Below, in pieces: positions 26,556 through 36,018 of a DNA stretch of 36,270 bases. Position 1 is the stretch's first letter. Every line of letters begins with the position of its first letter. Under the pieces are notes generated by a model. It worked only from the letters and a program-made list of their open reading frames with translations. It had not been told where the DNA came from and ran no database searches. Both the position numbers and the translations under genes were made by a program. Source of the DNA: an uncultured Erysipelotrichaceae bacterium (GTDB taxonomy: Bacteria > Bacillota_I > Bacilli_A > Erysipelotrichales > Erysipelotrichaceae); assembly GCA_964623925.1 (NCBI GenBank), contig CAZUVT010000003.1, forward strand, positions 1-36,270, given 5' to 3'.

Positions 26556-26777
26556 TTACTTAACTCCACAGCCATCATTTTTTTCAGGATCACATCTTCC
26601 ATAAAGCCCATCTCCAGGCCTCTCACATACTGTATTTCCTTCATCATCAAGATAGCAGCAAATTTCAACACCTTCCTCATTAACATTGCATCCAAGTGCT
26701 GAGTTTGCCTTCACATTCTGGCTTGCGCTTGCCAACATGGCAACACATAGTGTAATTGTAAGAATTAACTTTTTCAT
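26556..26777 (-). CDS. secreted Cys-rich small protein (73-aa precursor, about 49-aa mature, 6 Cys)
   Basis: Sec signal peptide MKKLILTITLCVAMLASASQNVKA with an AxA-like cleavage site. GGGAGG RBS. The stop lies 6 nt before the regulator start. Confidence 0.5.
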   Translation of the reverse strand: MKKLILTITLCVAMLASASQNVKANSALGCNVNEEGVEICCYLDDEGNTVCERPGDGLYGRCDPEKNDGCGVK

Positions 26778-26912
26778 ATTTTATCCTCCCTATTCTTAAC
26801 CGACGCCATTTTAACATTTATTGTAAATTTGAACAATGATATAGTCGTACGACTGAGCAATTTGTTAAGTAAATATTAATTTTTTTAATTTTCAATGAAA
26901 ATCACAACCTTT

Positions 26913-26942
26913 CATTAAAAAATCCACGATTTATCGTGGACT
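26913..26942 (-). terminator. terminator of UDP-sugar pyrophosphorylase gene
   Basis: TCCACGA-ttta-TCGTGGA, followed by TTTTTT on the minus strand. Confidence 0.65.
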
Positions 26943-26961
26943 TATTATTGTTATTTTATCA

Positions 26962-28188
26962 CTATAATTCTACATGATTCAGTTTTAACAGTTCTCTTGC
27001 AGTTTCAACGCTGTCAACACCGGTTGCATTTTTGATCGGAGCAAATTCATGTTCCCGAATACATTCAAACGGAAGACAATTATCCATTAAATGTACCATA
27101 TCCAATGCCAATGTTTCAAATTTATAACCATTTGGTTTATCCGGAGTAACTGTTTCCCCATTCTCATTTAAATAAGGAATCTTTTTCTCTACGACATGAA
27201 TCGGCATATTGGCATTTAAGATTTCTTCTAGCTTTTCCTCTTTAAAAATGTAATTCAAAGTTACACCGAAATTATACGCCAGCTCGTTTTTTGCATTGCG
27301 AAGTGAAATCATATCCTGAGTCATCTCATAATATTCAACGATCTGAGGTCTTCCATCTTCCAGACAAAGTACGCCGATCTTTTCGTGTGGTTCTGCTTTA
27401 CGGACAACTTTTCCGCCGCTGACACATCCCTGTTTGATCGTAGCTCCGATGAATACCGGATCGGCAATCCTTTGCAGTACATTATCTACTGAGAAGACAT
27501 TCAGCCATTCAATTTTTCTTTCTTTCAACTCTTCCAGCAAGCCAGCTTTAGCCATACTGGAAAACCATCCACCATTGCCGTTTGGCGAGAGACTTAAAGA
27601 AGATTTGCTTTCCAAATAGATCTTGCCGCTGAAATCCACAGCAGGAACCATTTCCTGCTTAAAAAAAGATACATACTCTTTTGGATAACGGAAATAATCA
27701 TGTTCTTCAAAAAAACCGACAGTATCTTCGTAATTTTTTTCAGAACACATAATATAAAACGGAACATAGGCATTTGCCTTGTTTGTTACATCCAAAAGAT
27801 TGTTGATAAGGCATTCAAAGATGTATAGATCTCTATTCACTCCGACATTGAACATTCCTTTCGGTTTATCAAAACCTAATCTCGTCCCCTGCCCTCCGGC
27901 AAGAAGAACAGCGCCGACTTTCCCTAAACGGATCTGTTCAAGTCCGATTTCTTCATATTCTTTGCGATTCTTATTGATCTCATCGACTTCCAATGCATCC
28001 AAAGGTTGAATGAATCGCTCTTTCTTTTCAGACTGAGATTCATGCAATTTCTCCAGCAAGCTGAAATCCGCTTCTTCAATCTGAGCCAACAACTGTTTCC
28101 TTTCCTTTTCGTTCAACTCATCGACATATTTCAAAAGATGGGTCTGCCCTGAAGCTTCTGTTTTCTTTTTAATTTCCTGTAAATTCAT
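26962..28188 (-). CDS. UDPGP-family UDP-sugar (UDP-GlcNAc/UDP-Glc) pyrophosphorylase
   Basis: LLAGGQGTRLG nucleotide-binding loop. The length and layout match the eukaryotic-type UAP1/PF01704 family found in Firmicutes. Confidence 0.75.
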   Translation of the reverse strand: MNLQEIKKKTEASGQTHLLKYVDELNEKERKQLLAQIEEADFSLLEKLHESQSEKKERFIQPLDALEVDEINKNRKEYEEIGLEQIRLGKVGAVLLAGGQGTRLGFDKPKGMFNVGVNRDLYIFECLINNLLDVTNKANAYVPFYIMCSEKNYEDTVGFFEEHDYFRYPKEYVSFFKQEMVPAVDFSGKIYLESKSSLSLSPNGNGGWFSSMAKAGLLEELKERKIEWLNVFSVDNVLQRIADPVFIGATIKQGCVSGGKVVRKAEPHEKIGVLCLEDGRPQIVEYYEMTQDMISLRNAKNELAYNFGVTLNYIFKEEKLEEILNANMPIHVVEKKIPYLNENGETVTPDKPNGYKFETLALDMVHLMDNCLPFECIREHEFAPIKNATGVDSVETARELLKLNHVEL

Positions 28189-28206
28189 GATCTTTTCCTC
28201 TTTTAA

Positions 28207-28689
28207 TTATTTATTTTTCTCTATTGTAATTATTTTTTCTTCTTGAATGCGGACATCTTTTCCTTCCTTTAACAGTTTTACTTTTTCACCATTGACAAAG
28301 ATAACCGGTGAGATCACATTCCCTTGTAATTTTCTAATCGTATCCACATCCACATCAACAAGCGTTGTCCCTTTTTGTACCTTTTGTCCATTGAGAACTC
28401 TTACCTTAAAACAACCGCTCGGACAATTTAATGTATCGATTCCGATATGAATCAATACTTTGACTCCGTCTTCTCTTTCCAATCCAACCGCATGACCTCT
28501 TGCGGAAATCACCGTTACAGTTCCGTCAAAAGGAGCTACAACTGATCCGCTGATGCAGTCGATCGCAAAACCGTCTCCCATTGCCTTCTTCGCAAAAATC
28601 GGATCTTGAATCGTTTCTAATGCCAAACATTTTCCTTCCATCGGCGAAACAAAATTTTCTTCTTTTCTTTTTAGTCCAAACAATCCCAT
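28207..28689 (-). CDS. PTS glucose-family EIIA component
   Basis: EIIA-Glc signature VLIHIGIDT with the active His region. The start is probably MGLFGLK (ATG 28689 after GAGGA), not the track start at 28722. Confidence 0.8.
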   Translation of the reverse strand: MGLFGLKRKEENFVSPMEGKCLALETIQDPIFAKKAMGDGFAIDCISGSVVAPFDGTVTVISARGHAVGLEREDGVKVLIHIGIDTLNCPSGCFKVRVLNGQKVQKGTTLVDVDVDTIRKLQGNVISPVIFVNGEKVKLLKEGKDVRIQEEKIITIEKNK

Positions 28690-28744
28690 AAAAACGTCCT
28701 CACTGCTTATATGATACATCATTTTAACTCTTTTGTCTTGCCTT

Positions 28745-28789
28745 TTTCCATAATAAAAGCATACAAATCATGACCTGATCGTATGCTTA
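28745..28789 (-). terminator. terminator of fur-family gene
   Basis: AAGCATAC...GTATGCTT stem overlapping the stop codon, followed by TTTTATT on the minus strand. Confidence 0.55.
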
Positions 28790-29185
28790 AGCTTCTACCT
28801 TTTCTTTTTCTCGACATTTTGTGCAGATACCCTCAAAAACCATGGTATGCCCGCTTACTGCAACTCCCATTTTTTCAGCAATCAACTGATCCAATTCCTC
28901 TGCATATTCAACAGGAACATCCATGATCTTGTTGCATTCCGTACAATGGAAGTGATAGTGCTTGTTTGCCGCATTTTCGTAGATAAATCCTTTTTCCGGA
29001 TCTTTTATGCGGGAAAGAGCTCCCCAATCGGTCAACAAATTCAGATTTCGGTAAACTGTTGCAATACCGATTCCCGAATTCTTCTTTTTCAATATCGCAA
29101 ATACTTCATCGGCACTTACATGCCTGTCTGCTGCCAATACTGCGTCAAGAACAGCCTGTCTTTGTCTTGAATGCTTATAATTCAT
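28787..29185 (-). CDS. Fur-family metalloregulator (Fur/PerR/Zur)
   Basis: Winged-helix N-terminus, HxH-rich metal site (HYHFHC) and two CxxC pairs (CTEC, CTKC). Confidence 0.85.
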   Translation of the reverse strand: MNYKHSRQRQAVLDAVLAADRHVSADEVFAILKKKNSGIGIATVYRNLNLLTDWGALSRIKDPEKGFIYENAANKHYHFHCTECNKIMDVPVEYAEELDQLIAEKMGVAVSGHTMVFEGICTKCREKEKVEA

Positions 29186-29204
29186 ATTTTCACCTCATTC
29201 ACAA

Positions 29205-29225
29205 AATTGATAGCTGCTATCAATT
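29205..29225. promoter_or_regulatory. perfect 10-1-10 palindrome AATTGATAGC-T-GCTATCAATT upstream of fur-family gene (candidate autoregulatory box)
   Basis: Read directly from the sequence. It lies about 20 nt upstream of the start codon. Its core TGATAGC-T-GCTATCA resembles the 7-1-7 Fur box TGATAAT-N-ATTATCA. Confidence 0.5.
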
Positions 29226-29433
29226 ATTTTACCACAAATTCAAAATTGTTCAACCCTGTAAAAAATGGAGATCAAATCGTGGTTTACAACTAGTACTTTA
29301 CCATTGATAAAATGAGAAAATTCAGTTTTTTTGTCGATGAAATAAGATTTTTTAAAAATTTTGCAAGATTTATACAAGAATTCGTCTATGCCTAACTAAA
29401 ATTTCCAACCAATGGATCTAAACAATCTTTTCG

Positions 29434-30132
29434 CTAACAACCTTGTTCTTCTTCAATGCTGCAAGCACCCATATAGACCTGATTGAGCTTTTCCATCAAT
29501 TCCGCTTCCAATTCTTTTCTCTGTTCCTCTGTGATTCCTGCCCAGACATCTTTTTGCGAATCTACGGTGCCGACATGGGAAGCGATGATCTCTCCGCCTT
29601 TTATAAACAAAACAGTCGGATAGTACATATGCTTGATGGAATCATCATTCAATCCCGCATAGACCGGGGCATAATCACCCATGATTTCCAAAAGCTTATA
29701 ATAGTCGTCAGAGCCTTGCTGAGTTGTCACGATCTCCCCGTCCTTTAATTCTTTCAGATCTCGTTCCGCATAGTTGTTGACATAATACAGCCTCTCAATT
29801 CCCCCTACATTCAAAGCACTTAAAAGGGATGGAAGCAATGTCCTGCACCAAGGGCATTCCGGGAATCCGAAATAAACGATGGCAGATTTTCCCTCTTCCA
29901 TCAAATCAAATAATTCTTCCATGGTCATATAAACGACCGGATTTTTCTCGGAGATTTCTACTTCAATATAGTTATGTCCTCGATCATCATCAAATTCACC
30001 GTTATGGACTTCATATTCTTCTTTAAATTTCATTGCATCTGACATTTCTGTCTCATCAGATGAAGTCGGTTTATCTGTACAGCCGCAAAGCAACAAAGCG
30101 GCTACGATTAATAGAACTAGTTTTTTCATCAT
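29434..30132 (-). CDS. thioredoxin-fold lipoprotein (CPWC active site)
   Basis: Lipobox LLLCGC, then a thioredoxin-like FGFPECPWC motif. Confidence 0.7.
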   Translation of the reverse strand: MMKKLVLLIVAALLLCGCTDKPTSSDETEMSDAMKFKEEYEVHNGEFDDDRGHNYIEVEISEKNPVVYMTMEELFDLMEEGKSAIVYFGFPECPWCRTLLPSLLSALNVGGIERLYYVNNYAERDLKELKDGEIVTTQQGSDDYYKLLEIMGDYAPVYAGLNDDSIKHMYYPTVLFIKGGEIIASHVGTVDSQKDVWAGITEEQRKELEAELMEKLNQVYMGACSIEEEQGC

Positions 30133-30314
30133 CTCTGCTCCTTCAATAAATCTATAATCAGTATAGACTATTTCACATCAAATTACAAAAAATATTCCAC
30201 TTTTTTAAGATTCAAAGATGAATTTCTTATTTTTATCTCCCATATTTCAAGATTCTACTTCTATTTTTTTAAAGTTTCCTCTATAATTTTATCCAGAACA
30301 GAAGGAGGGATTTC

Positions 30315-30587
30315 ATGAAACGTTATTTTTGTATCGCTTCAGGTATCGTGCAGGGAGTCGGATTTCGCCACTTCTGTACGATGTGTGCACTGACTCATCA
30401 ACTTACAGGAACAGTCAGAAATATGAATAATGGATTGGTAGAAATGCAAGTGCAAGGAGATCCTGAACAGTTTGATCTATTCATAAAAGAAATTCAATCC
30501 GGCAATCGGTTTATTAAAATCGACAGTATTTCAATCAAGGAAATTCCGGTTATTGAAAAAGAAAAGAAATTCAAAGTGATCTATTGA
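30315..30587 (+). CDS. acyP: acylphosphatase
   Basis: Signature VxGxVQGVGFR at the N-terminus. 90 aa. Confidence 0.85.
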   Translation: MKRYFCIASGIVQGVGFRHFCTMCALTHQLTGTVRNMNNGLVEMQVQGDPEQFDLFIKEIQSGNRFIKIDSISIKEIPVIEKEKKFKVIY

Positions 30588-30667
30588 AGCACAATAAAAA
30601 AGAGCGGAAGTAAATTTTGATATTCATCTTCTGCTCTGATTTTTTGTCTTCCACTAAAGATTCTCAG

Positions 30668-31192
30668 TTAATAATTATAAATATTATTTCCCAGGCAATC
30701 AATTCCTACATATACCGGAAAATCTTCCACTTCCAGACGATAAACAGCTTCGCTTTGAAGCTCGGGATAAGCAATCAATTCCGCTTTTTTTATGCACTGA
30801 CTGATATAAGCTCCAGCTCCACCGACCGTAATAAAATAGATTCCTTGATTTTTAAGGATGCTTTGAGTGACTTCATCATTTCTTTTTCCTTTTCCGATAC
30901 AGGCACTCATTCCTAAATTAAAGAGTTGAGGGGTATAAACATCCATTCTTCCCGAGGTGGTTGGTCCGGCAGAACCGATTATTTTCCCATTGGGAGCCGG
31001 TGTCGCTCCAACATAGTAGATCACTTGATCCTTTAAATCAAACGGCAGCGAATCTCCTTTTTGAATCGCTTCCAAAAATCTTTTATGAGCGGCATCCCTG
31101 GCAGTATAGATTACTCCGCTTAGCAGAACTTCATCCCCCGCTCTTAATAAACACGACTCTTTTTTAGTAAAGGGAATTTGCATCTTGATCAT
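30668..31192 (-). CDS. class I fumarate hydratase / L(+)-tartrate dehydratase beta subunit (C-terminal domain type)
   Basis: YYVGATPAPNGKIIGSAGPTTSGRMD and FITVGGAGAY are typical of the Fe-S hydro-lyase beta subunit. The start ATG at 31192 overlaps the alpha-subunit stop (ATGA). Confidence 0.8.
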   Translation of the reverse strand: MIKMQIPFTKKESCLLRAGDEVLLSGVIYTARDAAHKRFLEAIQKGDSLPFDLKDQVIYYVGATPAPNGKIIGSAGPTTSGRMDVYTPQLFNLGMSACIGKGKRNDEVTQSILKNQGIYFITVGGAGAYISQCIKKAELIAYPELQSEAVYRLEVEDFPVYVGIDCLGNNIYNY

Positions 31193-32028
31193 AAGATCAC
31201 CTCTTTGTGTCTTGAAACATGGCAGCAGATATTCACAGCCAAAGGCATCCCGGCGATATGACAAGGCGCTTCTAAGATATGAACGGCTAAAGCCGTCGTT
31301 TTCCCTTGCAAGCCCTGAGGACCGATATTTAATTGATTGATTTCCATCAACAGATCATCTTCTAACTGATGATAAAAGTCATTGGGATTCGGCTCTGTCG
31401 ATAACAATGCTTTCTTGGATAACACCGTACAGCCATCAAAGCTGCCTCCGATTCCTACTCCGATCACCATCGGCGGACAGGCATTCGGTCCTGCTGCTTT
31501 CACCGTTTCCAAGACCGCCTGCATGATTCCTTCTTTTCCTTGAGCCGGTTTCAGCATGAAGACTTTCGAGCAATTTTCCGATCCCTGCCCTTTGCAGCAG
31601 ATCTGTAATTTGACTTGTTCGCCCTCCGTCAAATTCGTATAAATCATAGCCGGCGTATTGTCTTTGGTATTGATTCTTTTTTCAACCGGATCCGATACGA
31701 TCGACTTGCGCAGATATCCCTTTTCATATCCATCCTTTACACCGTCATTGATTGCCTGAGTCACACTGCCGCCGCTAAAGTGAACCTCTTGTCCCACTTC
31801 CATAAACACAGTGACAAAGCCTGTATCCTGACATAGCGGAATCCTTTCTCTTTCGGCGATTTCGGCATTTTCCAGCAGAATCTGCAATAATCGCCTGGCC
31901 CGCTCGTTCTCCTCTTGCCGGATGCCTTCTTTCATCTTTTCAAGAAGTATTTCATCTGCTTTGATATTCATTTCGATCACCGCATTAAAAACAGCTTCTC
32001 TGATCAATTTCACATCGATTTCTCTCAT
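31189..32028 (-). CDS. class I fumarate hydratase / tartrate dehydratase alpha subunit
   Basis: The Cys ligands ([17 protein letters not shown]) fit the Fe-S hydro-lyase alpha family. The start is probably MREIDV (ATG 32028 after AAAGGGG). Confidence 0.8.
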   Translation of the reverse strand: MREIDVKLIREAVFNAVIEMNIKADEILLEKMKEGIRQEENERARRLLQILLENAEIAERERIPLCQDTGFVTVFMEVGQEVHFSGGSVTQAINDGVKDGYEKGYLRKSIVSDPVEKRINTKDNTPAMIYTNLTEGEQVKLQICCKGQGSENCSKVFMLKPAQGKEGIMQAVLETVKAAGPNACPPMVIGVGIGGSFDGCTVLSKKALLSTEPNPNDFYHQLEDDLLMEINQLNIGPQGLQGKTTALAVHILEAPCHIAGMPLAVNICCHVSRHKEVIL

Positions 32029-32074
32029 AAAAACCCCTTTCAAACAAAGAAGAACTGCCTTGGCAGTCCCTCAA

Positions 32075-32896
32075 TTAATTTTCTTTTGGCTTAGATGAAT
32101 TTCTCCACATTTCACTATAGGAAGTGAACGGAACTTCATCGGCATTGATTTTAGCCTGATTTCTTTGTTTCTTGATATTGTTCTCATGAACACGAGTCAG
32201 GATATCCTTATTGACCATATAATATACATAAACCACCTTTTTCAGCAAGAACCACTGAATAACTGCCTGAATGATCAAAGGTTCCTTTTCTTCTGCATCC
32301 TGCAAGGCCGGAATGATCGAGTCCTTTAATGCAGCAGCTTTATCTAACGACAACTGCTTTAATTGTTCGTAGTTTGCGAAATGAACACGATCGATCTCCC
32401 GCTGTAAAGCCCCTGCTTTCACCTTAAATAGACGGGTAAAAACGGATAAAACCTCTTCCTCATCTTCAAGAAGCATGGCAACGATATCATTCTTGCATTC
32501 TGCAAACATGCTGAATGGCTCAGTCATGCAGTAATACATTCCCTTTACAAACAAATAATCATCATCTTTTCCATTCATCAGCATCAAAGCTCTTTCATTG
32601 CCCTGTTTTTCGCCATAGATGATATAAGGAATACATAACGGCTCCCCTTTAAGCTTAAATGCATCCTTATAACGAATGATCTGATTGGATACGACACTCT
32701 GATTGATGCCGATGTGCAGATCGACACAGATCTTCAAATCCGAATCGGATTCAAACATCTTAGTCAATACACTTTTTGCCTGACATTCTTCCTCTTCGAT
32801 GCTGGACAGATAATCTTCAAGATACCCGTTAAAGGTACACTTGCCCTCTTCTTTTCTGATGTCCTGAACATCTTTTAAAATTTGATAAACACCCAT
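32075..32896 (-). CDS. hypothetical protein (273 aa)
   Basis: GGGAG RBS and a long clean ORF. No recognisable motif. Confidence 0.45.
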   Translation of the reverse strand: MGVYQILKDVQDIRKEEGKCTFNGYLEDYLSSIEEEECQAKSVLTKMFESDSDLKICVDLHIGINQSVVSNQIIRYKDAFKLKGEPLCIPYIIYGEKQGNERALMLMNGKDDDYLFVKGMYYCMTEPFSMFAECKNDIVAMLLEDEEEVLSVFTRLFKVKAGALQREIDRVHFANYEQLKQLSLDKAAALKDSIIPALQDAEEKEPLIIQAVIQWFLLKKVVYVYYMVNKDILTRVHENNIKKQRNQAKINADEVPFTSYSEMWRNSSKPKEN

Positions 32897-33230
32897 TTTC
32901 TTTCTCCCTTTGAAGTATTTTCATAACTTTATTATAATCGTTTTCCCCGGCTGAAAAAAGAGAAAATTTCATTTTTCATGAATTATTTCAACTTTTTTTG
33001 TATTTCAAACAAATATTGTGAACAGAACCCGGATCATTATTCATATCTGCCAAATTTCAGCAAGATATGGTATCCTATTTTTATGCCTGAAAACATTTCT
33101 TTATGCAAAAAATATTCCCTTTAATTAAAGAAAAACCTGGCAGGTAAAAATTCTCTCGAAAATAGAATATTCATAATGAAACTCTACCTCAAATCATGTA
33201 TAATAAAGAAAGAAATTTGAGGGTAAATTT

Positions 33231-33797
33231 ATGGCAAAATTATATTTCAGACATGGAGCAATGGGAAGCTCAAAAAGTGCGTCAGCATTGATGACGCGTT
33301 ACAATTATGTGGAAAGAGGTAAAAATCCGCTTTTAGTTAAACCAATGCTGGATACAAGAGATGGGGCAAGAACAGTAAGATCGCGTATCGGTCTTGCAGA
33401 AGAAGCCGTCTTCTTTGAAGAACTCAAGGCTTACAGCGACGAACAGATCAAGCAATTTGACGCTATCATCGTTGATGAAGTACAGTTTTTACATAGCGAA
33501 GATATTGAATTCCTCGCCCATATCGTTGATGATTTCGGAATCCCGATTCTGTGTTACGGGTTAAAGACAGATTTCAGAAGTGAACTATTTGAAGGTTCAA
33601 AGCGCTTATTGGAACTGGCAGATGAAATTGAAGAGATTCCTACTGTCTGCTGGTGCGGAAGAAAAGCTCATTTCAATGCCCGAGTCATTAATGGAAAAGT
33701 CGTTACCGAAGGTGAACAGATCGTCCTCGGTGCCAACGAAAGCTACGTTTCTCTTTGCCGAAGACACTTCCTCGAAAAGAAAACAAAAGCAGATTAA
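33231..33797 (+). CDS. tdk: thymidine kinase
   Basis: P-loop GAMGSSKS, plus a C-terminal zinc ribbon (CWCG...CRRH). Confidence 0.9.
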   Translation: MAKLYFRHGAMGSSKSASALMTRYNYVERGKNPLLVKPMLDTRDGARTVRSRIGLAEEAVFFEELKAYSDEQIKQFDAIIVDEVQFLHSEDIEFLAHIVDDFGIPILCYGLKTDFRSELFEGSKRLLELADEIEEIPTVCWCGRKAHFNARVINGKVVTEGEQIVLGANESYVSLCRRHFLEKKTKAD

Positions 33798-33802
33798 AAC
33801 AA

Positions 33803-33852
33803 AAAGTGTTATTTTCTCCCTCGTGTGGTTGAAAATGACACTTTTTTAATGC
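33803..33852. terminator. bidirectional terminator after tdk
   Basis: AAAAGTGTTATTTTC ... GAAAATGACACTTTT extended stem, followed by TTTT. Confidence 0.55.
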
Positions 33853-33854
33853 AA

Positions 33855-34211
33855 TTACCAGATTTCATAAACCTCTTTATAGAAAAGAAGCATCAGTGCC
33901 GCTGCCGGCCCTCCTTCTTCACCTCTATACTTTCCCACTTTTTCTCTAAAAAATCCTTTTCCACGATAAATTGATCCCCGCTCATATTCTCCGATATGAG
34001 TTCTTTTATTTTTTCCTTTATACACATGACCGTTTTCATATGAACCAATCAAAATCTTTTGAGGAAAAAACCATCCTTTGATCTGATAAATCTGTCCCTC
34101 ATCATAATAAGCAACCAATTTATAATTGGCATATATTTTACCATCTTCTATGGATCCGGCCTTTTCATTAAACATATCAATGCGATATACAACAGTTTTT
34201 TTATTTTTCAT
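33855..34211 (-). CDS. MORN-like repeat protein (118 aa)
   Basis: Repeated Y-x-G-x-x-x-x-G-x-x-Y-x-G units (GHVYKGKNKRTHIGEYERGSIYRGKG). Confidence 0.4.
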   Translation of the reverse strand: MKNKKTVVYRIDMFNEKAGSIEDGKIYANYKLVAYYDEGQIYQIKGWFFPQKILIGSYENGHVYKGKNKRTHIGEYERGSIYRGKGFFREKVGKYRGEEGGPAAALMLLFYKEVYEIW

Positions 34212-34579
34212 AAATGTCGTGCTCCCTATCCTAAATATCTAGCAACCAATCCAAAGCATTGATCTGCTTAATACTATTATGCGAAATAAAAAGTGAATAA
34301 TCCATATCTGCCTGCTTTGTTCCAAATGATTACAGAACAAAGAATATGGTGTTGGTTTTCCACCTCTTTAGATACCTGTAATAACTTTAATAATATTGTT
34401 TTTCTTTGAATCGAATTAATTGATTTAAATATGTAGGACAATCTATTAATTTTAAATTGAATCAAACCTTTCTGTGAAGTGATTTCAACTTAATGACTAC
34501 AAAACATCAGTTTCATTAAATCAAATTAACAAAATGATTAAAATTATATAATTTTATTAAATGAATTTCACGAAATCCA

Positions 34580-36001
34580 TCATTTAAACATTTCGATCGT
34601 CAACCATTCTTTTCCTTTTTTAACCAAAGCTGCTTTGTTGTATATAACCGCATAATCGTATTCAAATGGCAGTAATTCATTGCCGTTATAATCCAATACT
34701 CCAAATTTTCCATCCTGATTTTTTACAGCGATAAGTCCATCATAAGCAGGAAAAGCCACTTCATTACTTTTATAAGTATAAACAGGTAGATATTGACATG
34801 GAATCACTTCTTTACCCTCTTCATTTACATATCCCCACAATCCGTTTTTGCATACAGCAATCAAATCATATGTATAGCCAACACCCATATCATAGACAGG
34901 ATCTGTAATCTTTCCTTTTTCTGAAAAAACACCGTATTTATTCATCATTTGATAGGATTCTTCCAGTGTCCAAAGATTGGCATTTTCTTCCGTTTCCTTC
35001 ACGAGCTGATATAAAACGAGCTGTCCGTTTAATTCTTTGTCATCGATTTCCATCCAGTTTCCCGGTCCATCATCTCCATAAAAGTATTTTTTAATCGCTT
35101 CCCCTTCCACTTGATAATAAGTATAATCTCCTAAGCCATGCCCATCTGTACATAATCTATATTCAGTGTTATCTCTTCCAAGAATATGATTCAAATAATA
35201 TCGATTGGAACCTAGCAAAGAATAATGAATGTGATCAAAATACACAATCGGAACTATCGTACTTTCAATAGGTAACCATAACATTCCATTCTCGTCAATA
35301 ACTCCCCATAATCCGTCTTTTTCAACACCATATAATCCATATGCCAACCCGTGATTTCCGCAAAGAGGCACCATAGAATCGATGGTAAAATCTTTAAACA
35401 GAACCATCGGGACTTTTGAATCAAGCAATATGAATTCATGTGAAGTCTTCTCATTTTCTTTAAATGAGATTTCCTCGATTCCCTGAGATGCAAAAATAGC
35501 TTGGGCCATTTCATAGCAGTTTTCTATTTTCCCTGCATTCATCTTCACAATTTCCCTGCATTTTCTTTTTATTTCATATTGCAGAGAAGAAGTAAAGATG
35601 ATTTCCTCTTGATGGACTTCATCATATAAGTAAATCGTGTCCAATTCTTCATTATAAAAAAATGAGTATTGAGCTGAATTTTCCTCGATGCTTAATTCGC
35701 AATAAAGCAAGCAATTATAACGATCCTCTTGATTCACATAATAAACCGTTTTTAATTCTGCTTCTTTTTCAACTCCATTTTTCATATAGATGATCTGGGC
35801 TTCATCTTTTAAATTGAGTTCAACAAGAACAGTATATTCCTCTAGAGTCTTGATATTCATAAATTCTTCATTTTGTATTTTGATCTGAATAAGGTTTTCT
35901 GAAATTTCAATTTCCGGTTCCGTAGCCTCAACTACCCAACCGGAAGTGAAAAGCATCGTACACAGAAAAATGCTTAAAACAGAAGATAGCATTTTTTTCA
36001 T
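34580..36001 (-). CDS. secreted WG-repeat (KWG-like) protein
   Basis: Signal peptide, then C-terminal repeats of WGYV(N/D)xxGKxVIPxxY and GLWGVIDENG. The start is MKKML (ATG 36001, AAGGAG 8 nt upstream). Confidence 0.6.
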   Translation of the reverse strand: MKKMLSSVLSIFLCTMLFTSGWVVEATEPEIEISENLIQIKIQNEEFMNIKTLEEYTVLVELNLKDEAQIIYMKNGVEKEAELKTVYYVNQEDRYNCLLYCELSIEENSAQYSFFYNEELDTIYLYDEVHQEEIIFTSSLQYEIKRKCREIVKMNAGKIENCYEMAQAIFASQGIEEISFKENEKTSHEFILLDSKVPMVLFKDFTIDSMVPLCGNHGLAYGLYGVEKDGLWGVIDENGMLWLPIESTIVPIVYFDHIHYSLLGSNRYYLNHILGRDNTEYRLCTDGHGLGDYTYYQVEGEAIKKYFYGDDGPGNWMEIDDKELNGQLVLYQLVKETEENANLWTLEESYQMMNKYGVFSEKGKITDPVYDMGVGYTYDLIAVCKNGLWGYVNEEGKEVIPCQYLPVYTYKSNEVAFPAYDGLIAVKNQDGKFGVLDYNGNELLPFEYDYAVIYNKAALVKKGKEWLTIEMFK

Positions 36002-36018
36002 CTCAAAATTCTCCTTCT

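Noticed and set aside
34277-34465. 62-aa minus-strand ORF in the AT-rich gap
   Set aside because: No RBS and a low-complexity product. It lies in a probable promoter region.
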